A stretch of DNA of 64,000 nt from Paragordius varius (lineage: Eukaryota > Animalia > Nematomorpha), in contig OZ176056.1 of NCBI GenBank assembly GCA_964247055.1, positions 6,262,001 to 6,326,000 of the forward strand, given 5' to 3'. Both the position numbers and the translations under genes were made by a program. Positions within the stretch are counted from its first letter, which is position 1. The number at the start of each line of letters is the position of its first letter. Shown piece by piece: positions 13,163 to 44,500 of the stretch. A model generated the notes under the pieces. It worked only from the letters and a program-made list of their open reading frames with translations. It was not told the DNA's origin and did not search any database.

Positions 13163-14385
13163 TATGTTATAGTGCCAAACTATTTTTTAGGCAACTGTCT
13201 CTTTACGATTGATTAATAATTCAATTATTTTAAATTTAATAAATTTTCATTACTTATATGGTTGCAAAATTAGTTGACTTAACACTTGAATATAGACAAC
13301 TCTATGTCATTCAATTCAAATTAGGATAAAAGTCGATCCCAGACATAATTTAAATGTTATATTTTTATAAAATATGGAATGCCTTGAAATGGGTTTAAAA
13401 AAATAAATACGGCTATGCTTGGAATTACTTTGTATTATGATACTGAAGACAAAAAGTTGGATAACGTAATATGACATGAGTGCATTGGCTAACTTTAAAT
13501 AATGCAAATTTTATCATTTTTTTTTGTCATTAATGTTGTTGATTTTTAAAATAACCATAATTTTAGGTGTATAATTAAAAAGAAACGGTATTTTGTTACA
13601 AGCTGTAAATAAAAATGGGATCGAAGTAGTCCGATATGGATTTTAAGCCTAAGCTAAATTTTAAGGAATACATTTAAATTGGGTCAGCCATTTTTAGCAA
13701 GCATTTTTTTATTTTTATCATTTTAAACTTTGCTTGAGTTGGTCAGTTACCCCAATCGAAATGGGGGTATAAATGGTCATAGTTTTTTAACAAAATATCT
13801 TTTTGTGAAATGTATGAAATCAAAATTGGTTACGATATTTTTAATAATTTGATAAAGTCCTTTGGTATATTAATTTTTAATTTGTGAACGCTTCAATTTG
13901 GTTTATTTCTTAACATTTATCAATCCAACTTTAATTAAACATAATTATCAATAATATATATGCGCCGAGTTAAAACCATCTAGAAGCAATAGTTTTTTAA
14001 AATCAAAAAAAAATTAGGTGTTATTTTCACGCGTAAAAATTGCGTGATCAAAATACTATATATGGAGTAAAAATTGAAATTTTATAGATAAAACTTAGAA
14101 ACTTCAATACACTCTCTACTTTTTTAAAATTTACATAACTCAATTGTTTTAAATTGCAATCGTAAATTAGAGATTATTATTGATCACACACATATTTACA
14201 AATGAAAAAATTTCGGATTGAAAAAAAAAGTATTATAATCTTAAAAAAAAATGGTTTTACGTCTTTTTTGGATAATTTTAATTAAAAAAATATGTAATTA
14301 AAATATTTATTTATTAAATTGTAATGATGTAAATGCTGGTAACTTATTAATCACATAAAATTTACAAAAAACTATATTGGTCCCT

Positions 14386-17300
14386 TCAATTTGTAGGTTC
14401 AAAAACTGGATTCGTCCCATATTCCTTGTTAGAGAAATCATCCTTTGTGATTGGTTGGAGATCTTGTGACTTCTTTGAAAAATTTGCAACAACACCATTT
14501 TTATTGGAGAACCTAATGCCAGAAAATGAAGGATTCATAGAATTTTCACTTTGTCGGACATTGTGAATTTCTACCCCAGGAATATTAACTAATTCATTGT
14601 TATTAAATCCATTCATATTTTTGCTCATATTTCTCCCAGAATTTGACATTGTTGTATAGGGAATGAATGTAAAACACCATTGTTTACGGATACAGATCCA
14701 AATACTACATGCCAAAACTATCAGAGCCAATATTAAACCGCCCACTAATAACAAAGATTTTAAATGCACTATGGATTGTGTTAATTCTTTCAACATTGCA
14801 ATGTAGATGGTTGAGGTTGTATGATTAGATGTATGGGTGTTTATGTCTGGTTCATGCGTAGAAGTAATCGTATTATTGTAGTTGATAGCATTCGAATCAA
14901 TGTCTGGTATGTGGGAATCACAGATAAATTTTTCATTTGGAACTTGTATTAGAATCTCATCTTTAAGATTGGGTGGGCCATTGCATTTTACAGTTTCCAT
15001 GTGTTTGGATTGCCTATCTCTGTCATCCTCGTTTTCAATCTTGTCGAGCCAGGTCTCATACCAAAGTTTAAAGGGTAACATGTTACAATCACACACAAAT
15101 TTATTATCTATATGTACACACAACACTATGTTAGTTACATTTCATAAAGTTTATTAAGTTATATATATATATATATATATATATATGGGGAGGGGACATT
15201 TGGAGTTTAAGATTATATAAAATAACAGTAGCGCTCTAAAACAGACAATTTTTTCCGATTCTGGTACCGTATAAATATTGCACAAGTCACTAGTAAAATT
15301 TTTCAACTATTTTAAAAAAGATATGTCCATATTTACACATGGTCAAAATCAGAAAACAAATTGCAGATTGAATAGATATGCAGAGTCAATAAATAGCTTA
15401 GCGTCCTTTATGGACAAAATTCAAAAAATGCCATTATAAATTCATTTTTTAATATTTTGAATGGCAGGAGGACCATTTATTTTTTTATCACATCATAACT
15501 GCTAATAAAAACCATTTTTTTAATTAATATACATTTACACAATATATTTCAAAAGGTATTAATCTATTTTTTATTTTAAATAAAGTATAGGCTTGTAAAT
15601 CACTCTTTATATTAAAAACGCTTCACTCTGTACGATAAAGACAAAAATCTGTTGATTAAGAAATCCGTATTTAATTTTATAAATAAGGTTTTGTTATAAA
15701 ATCGTGGCTGAGCGTTTCAAAAACTCTGAGTCAAGAGGATTTTGTCCAAGTTATTATACCAGTTAAACTAAGCGAAGGCGTCAGCAAAATGTATGATGAA
15801 ACGATTAATGTTATTTAATTCCCAATTAGTTCTTTTCTGACATCTAACGACAAACATACATAAATCTTAGCCAAAAATTAGCGTTATATTTTTATCATTC
15901 ATTAATCCTGTCGAATTTTGGGATTAAACACATTTGATGCATGCATTGTTCTCAGAAGAATAGGGATGTTGAAAATTTAAAAACATATGATGAACAAACT
16001 CACTCGATTAATATATGTTCATGGTTTAAAAATATTAAAGTGTGATTTAATGAGAGGTGGGTGCATTGATAGACCAAACTACGCTAAAGTAAGTTATTTG
16101 ATGTTAACATCACCTAAACTTAAGATTAACTATATTACATTCCTGGTAAACAATCAAAAGATGTCTACAAGCAATGGGTAAGATGAATTACTCGAGCGTT
16201 TCATACGATTTGTACGTCGAATCGAAAGCGAAGTGTCATGTGAAATCATGCTTTAAACGACATTTTTTTTTCATCAAATTAATTGGGATAAAAAGTAGCT
16301 TTATTTTGTTAGATAAAAAAAGGAAAAATCGTAGTTCACCTTGCCAGCTGTTTCCTCCATACTTAAGTCAAATCGCTTTAAAAAGAAGACCTGTGTCTCA
16401 TATAATGCATTATAAACTATCGAGGCTAGGTAAAACCCTTAATAAACAGCTTTTTATCATCAATTAATTCATTTAAACCATGCGCATTGATCAAAAAAGC
16501 TATCGTAAAAAGCCAGATGACATGGTAAAGTTATTGTGTTACACCACAATGCGCCATCTCACGCAGCAAAACTACTAAAAGACGGCTACTAATCGCTTCA
16601 TTGAGAAATTCTTTCGCATCGCCGAACTCTCCTGACTTTCTGACCTATCCAACGCATTAATGGTTCCCACCCTTGTAGAGTATATCAATAATTTTAGAGA
16701 TATGGCATGAATAGTTTTCCGTAAAAATAATCAGTTTTTCTCTTTCAAAATTATACAAAAATCGGTAAAAATCATGACTCACCTAACGATAAGATGAAAA
16801 CACTAAAGTGCAGACCTATTTAGAAATTATAAAAGTCTACCAATGATCTGGCAGAAAAAACTAGTTAACTAACGAGTCTATAAATTTATATGAAAGTATT
16901 AAATACTTGATAATCCTAAGAAGGTAAGAGTCTCTTCACTGCCAATAATCTCCTGTGGATCAAATATTTTGAGTTCGTTACTACTCAAATCCAATTTTTT
17001 AAGGTTCGTTAATCGTGATAAGGTACCATTAGCAATAAAGCGTAATCTATTTCTCTTTAAAAGTAGTTTTTCCAAATTGTCACTTTGACTAGCGAATATC
17101 GTGCTATCATTTAATTCTGTGATTTCATTCATATTCAAATTTATTGTTTTTAGATTTCTATTGTTGCGGAAAAGCGTGCTACTTATATTTTTAATATCAT
17201 TACCGGTCAGAAGGAGAAATTTTAAATTTGGTTGCCCGGAAAATAGATCATTGGGTAATTTTGTTATCTTATTAAACATCAAATCAATCATTTCCAGTTT

Positions 17301-18374
17301 CGGATTATTTGAAAAGGCTTGTGCGCTAACTTTGTTTATATAATTCAAAGTTAATTCAACGCCTTTCAAAGCCGGCAAATAGGCAAAAGTGTGATCACTC
17401 AACTCAGTTAAATCGTTCATATCCATCATGAGGTATTCCAATTGCGGTAACTTAAATTTCCCATCGATATCGTCTATACTATTGTAACGAAGGCTTAAAT
17501 TTAATAATTGAGTCATGTTATCAAACGCAGATGATGGTAAAATACTTATGGAGCTGGCTTGCAAATCGAGATATTTTAAATGAGTCAAATGCTTAAACAT
17601 GGACACGTCCGTTTCAAGCTTAAGTTTCGGGAATGAAATGTAAAGTTTTTCCAAATTCAACAATGATTCAAAGTGTTTGTGACTAAGATTGATTTCTTCA
17701 TACGAATCGATGGATAGTTCCTTTAATTGACTCAATGTATTAAATGCACTTTCATCAATTTTACCAAGTTTGCTCAGATAGACATGTAATTCCTCCAAGG
17801 AATTACCTAAACCACTAAAATCGGATTGAGATATATTATAGATGTTAGATGTTCTAATATCGAGGTATTTCAAATTTTTAAATGAGCCTAGTCTAAAATT
17901 CTTTAGGGTATTAGCCGATTCCTTCACAATCCCACCAAATATAAACTTTTCCCGGACGGTCAAGTGCGTCACAGAGCTAATATTTTTAAAAGCATCCAAG
18001 GATACGGTTTTTACATTACAACTGATAAGATATAATTGGTTGACCGAAAATGATTGTTTGAAAAGGTTGTTTGGTATTGTTTGTAAATTCAGTTCTTCTA
18101 ACAGTAGGACACTAATAGGTGAGCCGGCTAACTTATCAAAATCGGTTCGTATGTCACTTACAGCTTTGCGCTTACAATGAATTGCAGGAGCCAACGTGTT
18201 ATTATACAAGTAACATTTGCACTTATCCAAATCGCTATACGGGGCATTAACACATGGATTTTGAGGTTTAACGAAATCTCGAAACGATATTTTAGCTGTG
18301 TGGCAGCTATGGAAAAATAGTGTAGCCACCACAAATAGGACATACAATAAAGGTAACTTTGTGGAGCGATACAT
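14386..18374 (-). CDS. Single-pass leucine-rich-repeat membrane protein (signal peptide, LRR array, LRRCT, Ser/Thr stalk, TM, TIR-less tail)
   Basis: Exons 18374-16907 and 15107-14386 (2190 nt, 729 aa). The splice creates LTFLGLS-N-NKFVCDC, a canonical start of an LRRCT cap. Many LxxLxLxxN repeats; TM segment LLLVGGLILALIVLACSIWICI; the tail ends YGTNPVFEPTN. Confidence 0.9.
15160..15186. repeat. (TA)n microsatellite
   Basis: Perfect TA run near the 3' end of the LRR-gene intron. Confidence 0.95.
16400..16660 (+). pseudogene. Decayed mariner (Mos1-like) transposase fragment in the LRR-gene intron
   Basis: MHYKLSRLGKTLN / QLIHLNHA / HGKVIVLHHNAPSHAAK / EILSH..SPD parallel Mos1 YELLKPGETVN, QLINLNRAL, HRVIFLHDNAPSH, EVLPH..YSPD. 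Weaker similarity extends upstream to about 15700. Confidence 0.75.
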
Positions 18375-19510
18375 AAAAATTATTTGATATAAAATAATAA
18401 AAATGATATTGTAAAGTTGGAAATAAAAATCGTTATTTATAAGTAACGTATATTGTAACTAGAATTCTAAGAAAACTGATCGTAAAACTTTTTTTTGAAT
18501 TAATCGTTAAACAAAAAAAATTTAGGATAATTAAAAACAAATAATACAAATTGATTATAGCAAACACCAATACATAAGATTAGAAAAAACAAACGTGTTA
18601 ATGCATTTCGTAAAAGGATAATTTAACAACAATAACAATAATTATTTCTATTATAGATAGACTGCAAATTCGAAAAATATATATCCAAACGCTAATAAAA
18701 CGTAACTATTCTGATATATTTTTAAAGGTAAACAAACACAAATGATTGTTTTGATTAGTTGCTAAAATTTCGAAATTGTTATTAACTATAATTTGAGTGT
18801 CAAAATTAATAAGAAAAGACGGTTAAGATTCGTAAAATTGATTATATGGATCTTTTAATATTTCAAAAAAAATTTTCTTGAATTTTAACATAAAATTGAT
18901 TTTTCCTTAATTCACCAATCCAATAATAAGGCTTGTATAACCAATTACTTTTGTTTTGATTTTATTTCTATGATATGATAACTAGTAAATTGATTTAATG
19001 TTAAAAAACGTTAACGTGTTAATAGACGTATTTTAGGTTTATTTATTATGTTATGTACAACATCTCTAAATTAGATAGGATTGTTGGTTTATAAAATTGA
19101 TCAAAAAGCGTAGGCAGCATTTCTTTTTGCTGGAATTTTCTTTATAGCGTTTTCAAAATCGTTTAAATTGATTGGTTAAATAAATGATTTTAGAAAATAA
19201 ATAAGTCAGAGTTTATTTAATCAATAAATGTGCAAAAATATAAGGTTTACTTTGCAAAACAGCTTATTTTACATATAGCAAACACAAATTAAGAGTTATC
19301 ATGTTTATAGATTCATAAATGGATAAAAACTTGAATCATATATTTTATTCTTCTGAAACGTCAGATCTGCTTATTTTAGCCATTAAATTTTATTTATGAT
19401 TTTACAAAAGTCAAACATAATTAGTCAATAGATTTAGTTTAAATTTGATTCCGCAAAAAGCCTGGAATTTTAATAAAAGATGGTTGCATTGTTTTAGCTT
19501 ATTTACCAGA

Positions 19511-19648
19511 TAAACCATTTTTCAGTCAAAAGCAACACCCTTTCACCAAACGCAACATTTTTTGTCCGTTTAGATGAAAAATGTTGCGTTTGATTAAAAA
19601 AAGCATGTGTTTGGTTTAAATGTTATTTTTAAATGAAAAAATGGTATA
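19511..19648. mobile_element. Short foldback-like element, possible member of the TATACCATTT family
   Basis: Ends taaaccattttt and aaaaatggtata; internal inverted repeat caaacgcaacattttt / aaaaatgttgcgtttg. Confidence 0.45.
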
Positions 19649-20493
19649 CTAAGGATGAATATTCGGATGTCCATGCAGTTTAAATTATAATGGGTAATTA
19701 ATAAACACACTTCTTCATATGTATAAAAGATTGCCAATAGGACTATCATGAAATAGTGTATTCATATTTTAAGCAATTTAAATTATCTCGATTCAAAAGC
19801 GGAAACGATTAAACAAAATAGGGGTTTCCCAAAGAATAATAAATTAAGGACAAATTATATATTTAAAATAGGTCATCCCCAAACAGATAAGAGGAGAGAA
19901 ATTTCTTAACATGTTTTGGGGTATATATTTTGAAACAATAGCGCTTAAAACTAATTGTTTCAGGCCCTTCAAAATGTTTTTTATAAGTAAAAACAGTTGT
20001 ATTTCCTGGTGTCCTTTTACAGAGTTAGGACAAATCTCCAGATATAGATTTGTAAAATAATTGCCAAAGATGAAGTTATACGGATATCCCTATACAATAC
20101 GCCGCATAATATTTTTACAACCTAACACAAATTTAAGAATAAATATTTGTTCTTTACCCAATGATGGCAAAACGCACATATTTATGTGTTAGACATTTTA
20201 TTAAAAAATTATTTTATTTAATATCTTTAGACACTGGCTGATTTTGTGGACTGTTAATAATGTATTGATTTTAGGCTTGTTTCTGGTTCATCACAATCAC
20301 ATATATATAAATGAGGATTGATTAAAGTAGTTTGAATGATATGTGCCAAATTACTTTTTCCTCAGTAAACAAACGCTAATTATACCGAGTCGTTTTTACT
20401 ATTAGGGATGTATTTCAACAAAACTAAATTGCCATTTAACTATAAACATTTTATAAAATACTAATTTATTAGCAAAATTAGCGAATGTTAAAT

Positions 20494-21006
20494 TCAATTT
20501 TGAGAATACGCCGAGACAAATGGTTGATATTGAATAGGAAGTGTGCCGGGATTGAGTTTAAAACCAGCAAGCATGGCTGGTGGTAGAGGTCTGATTTCCT
20601 TCCCACATATGGGTGGATGATCAATAATATCCATTAATTTGCTAACTATTTATATATGAAATACTTGTTTGGTTTGTAGCCAGGTATGTTAAGATTTGGT
20701 CCTAGTTTATTTCTGTGTTCCTTCAACCCTGTGATTAATTTTGTTCGTGATAGTTTTTTATAATAACCATCTAGGCCAAAACTTTTGAGTAGATTGGTAG
20801 CGCCTGTTATTTCACTTTGTCCTATATTAAAAATAAAATGTTAAATAGTATTAAATACTTGGCAATTCCCTAAGCAAATAAAACGGTATAGGAACAGATC
20901 TTTGTGTCAAAGGATGTTTCTTAAGCGTGACAATTGCTTTCGTTGGATCCGTTTTGGTTTCAAAAGGTTTAAATTCTATTATATCTTGGTTAATGGTATC
21001 GTACAT
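20494..21006 (-). CDS. MED19: Mediator subunit 19
   Basis: Exons 21006-20859, 20821-20665 and 20641-(20510 or 20494), with introns of 37 nt and 23 nt. The spliced product PFYLLRELPRQSEITGATNLLKSFGLDGYYKKL...IPGYKPNNKLMDIIDHPPICGKEIRPLPPAMLAGFKLNPGTLPIQY aligns without gaps to the human MED19 core (PFYLMRELP...MLAGFRLHTGPLPEQC, recalled from memory). The 3' end is uncertain. Confidence 0.9.
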
Positions 21007-21055
21007 CAATATATTTGAAAATGCCGCATGTTAATTTTACATTCATTTTAGCGCC
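21007..21055. promoter_or_regulatory. 49-bp spacer between the divergent MED19 and ISWI start codons, with an acceptor-like TTTTAG 4 nt before the ISWI ATG
   Basis: MED19 ATG at 21006 (-), ISWI ATG at 21056 (+); the sequence cattcattttag|cgccATG precedes ISWI. Confidence 0.5.
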
Positions 21056-39784
<18,729 letters not shown>

Positions 39785-40819
39785 TTTTATTTAAAAATTT
39801 TGTGTTTTACATTATTTTCCCTTACATGTTGTACTATATCTATAAATAAATTTATTATATGTACCAAATTTGTCTATAAAATAGTTGTATTTATCAACTA
39901 CTTTTTTTCAATTATTATAACTGCATGTACTGCTCAATCTATCAAATGATATATAGTATATTAGCAATACTTTTCTAACCCCTTTTTTATCGCAGTAAGG
40001 ATAACTGTTGTTTTGGTATGAACGTAGTTGCAAATTAATTTTATTCATAGATCCCAAGAAAAAAACCTTAACATCAAATACTGTAAACCTAAAAACTTAA
40101 CTAAATAATTTTTTTTATATAAATTTGATAATTAAAATTGTAAAAAATAAGCATTGGATAAGAACTGATTTAGAATGGTTAATAAACATCAAAAATTTAA
40201 TAAATATGCTATACTGTATAAAATTAATTCTACTCACATAAAAAAATTACATAACTAAATTTTGGTTTATACTTTTTCCCATTGAAGTTTTATATTTTGT
40301 AGCGGAGAATAATAAATGGATTCTTATTGAAGGGCTTAAGACTTACACTCCCTATAAAATCATGCTGATCATTATATATAGTATGCATTTTAATAGTTGG
40401 TTATTTCACACTATAATTGGGCAATTTGCAACACAGTAGTATTGGAAAAAAGAATGGAAAAAAAATTGTTTATGCAACATTTTGTTTTTTTTTTCATACA
40501 CTGCTGTGTTGCGAATTGTCTAACTATAGTGTAAAATAAGCAACCATTAAAACATACTGTATATTCGATTTTTCGTCTCTTTTTATTTTTGTTAGTTTAA
40601 AGTTTAATGAAAATATTTCATAAAGCGCGTGCTAAATATATGAAAAAATTGAATAACTGGGGGGACTATGTTAAGTTCAGATAGATCATTGACCAATAAT
40701 AAATTAAGAATAAAGAGCAGTTGGGTAAATTGGAATAAAATTTCAAGCGTGTTGTGTGATCGAAATATTGATGTTAGTGTTTAAGGTAAGATATACAGTT
40801 CAGTTGTTTAACCCACAAA

Positions 40820-41230
40820 TTCACAGACGTGGGGTGTCAAAAAATCCGAAAGACATTTTAACGTGACTGAAGTGAAAATGCTTAGAATGATGTGCATAAC
40901 AAGAAAGGAGAGAATTAATAGATTTATTCGTGGGAGCGCAGATGTTAAACCAATAGTGGAAAGAATGTCAAAAAATAGGCTACGTTGGTTCTGGCACATT
41001 GAAAGGAGTCATTCTAATTATATTGCAAAAATGATAGATAGTCATATAGTTGAGGGAAAACGAGGACATGGGCGGCCTAAAACAAAATGGATAGATACAG
41101 TAAAAAGAGAGCTGGCAGAATGCGAGCTTAAAGCAGAGGACGCCATAGATAGAATTTTATGGCGAGACAGTTGTATAACATGACCGCTCTCACGAGTGAA
41201 AACATGTAATGTAATAATAATAACAATTAC
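40820..41230 (+). mobile_element. 5'-truncated RTE-clade non-LTR retrotransposon
   Basis: TWGVKKSERHFNVTEVKMLRMMC...RLRWFWHIER...EGKRGHGRPKTKWIDTVKREL is the typical RTE reverse-transcriptase C-terminal region; it ends in a (TAA)-like tail (gtaataataataacaat). Confidence 0.85.
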
Positions 41231-41510
41231 AAATTTAAAAATTACTCAATTTATATCGAAAGTTGTAATGCACTGTTTTTTTAGCCAATAATTCGTATCA
41301 TCATAGGAAGGGAGAGAGTCTACTATATTTTTATATTACTCTGTCTATATTATTATGTCACAACCCAGAACATTTGGTTCTATTACATTATTGTTTATTT
41401 TTTTTAGTTTTTATGTAGTATTTTTTTATAATGGGTTTTATTTAATGGTATAATTTTATGGTTTAATTCAACTCTTTATTCTTATTATTTTTATATTATT
41501 CTTTACTAAA

Positions 41511-44500
41511 ATGGGAACCGATTCTGACCTCTTAAAATATGATAAAGCCTTAGTTGGCTATGTATGCAAAATTTGTGTTAGTCGAATTATAAATGATAAA
41601 TTGGATGAAAAGGAACAAGAAAATTGTAAAAACAAATTAAATTGTGGCAAAAACGATCAAGGTATGTTACCTAAAATAAAACAGGAACTACCGTTTTCGA
41701 AACAACCCACCAACAAATGTAATACACCAAATATAGAGTTATCAACTCCTTCCTCAGACCAAAATAGCCCAGCAGATGATCCAAAAAAGTGTGAAGAAAG
41801 CATTACACCTCCGGATTCCAACAGTCCACCCAGTATAAATGATGCAAAGAATATCGATAATAAAACGGGTAATGATAGCTCGATAAATAGCTTAATTAAA
41901 ACAAAATGCTTAATATGTGGTGATTGCGTAACCGCCGTATCTCCTAACAATGAAAACGTTTCCAAAAACGGGTCAAAAGTTGAAAAATGGATAAGCGCCG
42001 AATATAAATCTAAGGATGCTACCGCTATGTCACCTTCAAATATTTTTGGCGGTTCTGTGAAACTCGATCCATTCATGAATCAGAGAAGTTTAAATTTGAG
42101 TTTAAAACCTGGTATTTCTCAAACCCAACGCACATTGATTAATCTTAAAGCCAAAGGTAGTATAAAATATAAAAATTAAGACTTAAATTGCATCATAACA
42201 TTTTTATGATATAATTTTAAAAAGGATTTAAAGTTACTGGAAATATTAACCATTATTGATTTGCTCCGGAATGTATCCCAAAATAATTATTATCTGATTT
42301 TAACCACAAAAATTAAATTAATCAATTATTTTAATTTCTTCTACAATTTGTTTTCAAACCGTTTTTTGGTGGAACACGAACCGTAGGCAAATAATTATTG
42401 GTTGTTTACTTTCCGTATTTTTATTCTTCTTATTTTCTGATTTAATTAATTGACCTTAATTCCTATTGACGCTTCTTTTTGAGAAATAACATGGTTTAGG
42501 TTAGAAAAATAATTAACTTATTATTAACCATAATTTGCCCAATATCGAATTTTCGTTTAAGTGGTATATAATATAATATATATCTAACCCTAGATTCGTG
42601 GCAAAAAATAAATGAAATTGCAAAATCCATGCAAAAAGATTGGGCCCTATCCACAATATGGTGTCCGATGTGCAATACAAAGACGATTGGGTGTGTCAAT
42701 CCAAAAAAACAAAGTTAATTGTTGAATTTTATAAACCAATGTTATGTTCTAGAGAGTTCAGTATGTGTATGTATATAAAAATTACTAGTTATTTATTCCT
42801 AAGTTAAAATTGAAGCAATAATCACCAAAAAAGGAAATAAATTGGTTTTGAAACATTCTATATATGATGTCAGACTTTATCGCCGACAGCTGTTAAACAT
42901 GTGTCAAATTTTATAAAATCGCCAATTTTAAATGTCCCGCTTGACATTTTTTACTATTTTGATTTTATATAGATGTAGAAAAACCATTTACAATTAACCC
43001 ATCAGGAGGTGATCAAAAGATAGAATGTTGCAAAATTTGTGGAGTTCCTGAACCAGAAAAGTGTGCAATAATAAAGCCGACCAAATCCAAACAAGGAGGA
43101 GGAGTACAATTTAGTTTACCATATAATGAGGCAGTTACTCAATCAGTACTGGCTTCAAATATGAATAATCCCAATTTAAAAACCGGGTTAGTTCGCGGGG
43201 CTCAAAACCGATCTACCACACACTATATGAACAATCATAATAATTTTAGCGCTCCACTCCAAAGCGCCGTGCCAATTAAATATATAGCACCTAATGCGAA
43301 TTCCCAAAACAACGGGAAAATGAATGATAATAATGAATTATCATTTTGTCAATCCTGGAATGTTAATAAATCAAATAAACGAGTTCCTTTCCCCAAAACT
43401 AGACCGCTTTTTTGCCCAACATGTAAGGCATATTGGCCTCTTGAATCGGATCCGGTTATTCAACAAGGTACATTAACCAAAGCAAATCCTGAAGGTATTA
43501 ACCAAAAGATTAATCATCTCTTTTTAATTTTACATACGATAACGGTTTATAAAAATATTTTTAGCATCCAAACAACAAAACACTGCTTCCATATTGTCAA
43601 CCATTCCAATCATGAAAAGCCGATGTCCTTCTTGTTTTGTCCCATTCAAACCTAATCATGTTAATTCACAGATGCCGACGTTAAACCTTTCAAATAACCT
43701 TAAGTAATTGAATTTATTTATGATATGGTGGGTTTTTTATGATACATTAATAAGAATGGAAATTAAAACTTTCTGTTGTTTTTTATATTATTAAAACCCT
43801 AGCGAAAATTTAAAGTATTCTCTAGAGAATATTTGTAAGCTTTAGAAACAAATAGCAAAAATACATTTTTTTATTAGATTAAACACAACGGGTCAAAACG
43901 CAATGAACATGTCTCTGAAACCAAAAGCTCAGTATAAACCAAATCAAATAAATAATCAACCATGTTGCCCGATTTGTAAGCAGGCATATATGTATGGTAA
44001 ACAAATGCCCGTAAACAACGGTATTTTAATTTATAATCAAAATTTGCCAAACTTAAATTTTATGAACTTTAAAAAATCAAATTTAGCTCATGTGTTTTCC
44101 TGTCTTGTGCAAAATTTTTAACCTAATGTGTAAAACAAATTTTCATTTTTGGAAAATATCACACAATAAATTATTTTTCAAGTATTTTAACTGCATTATT
44201 ATATGATTATCCTGAAACTTTTAACTATCGATAACATATTTTTTGAATCTCATTTTTGCCGCACAGTTTTATGAAAATTATATTGTTAAATTTTTTTAGC
44301 TCCACCCATCGCAAACCCATTATTAAATAATAATGATAATATGGGTAAGCAAATGCCTAATACATATCCTATGCTTTCACGCATGTTTTATTCCTCTTCA
44401 CCTAGATATCTACCAACAAGTATTTTGTATAATATTCTTCTATATACAGTAAAAAGGAGAAATCATACAGACAAAATTTAAAAACTAAAAGGCACATATA

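Noticed and set aside
14386-15107. Toll-like receptor call for the LRR gene
   Set aside because: There is no TIR domain in the tail and no TIR exon was seen downstream.
14882-18343. ORFs 14882-15157, 17101-17343, 17842-18180 and 18158-18343
   Set aside because: They are antisense or alternative-frame shadows of the LRR gene.
41657-42076. 139-aa minus-strand ORF
   Set aside because: It is an antisense shadow of orphan-gene exon 1.
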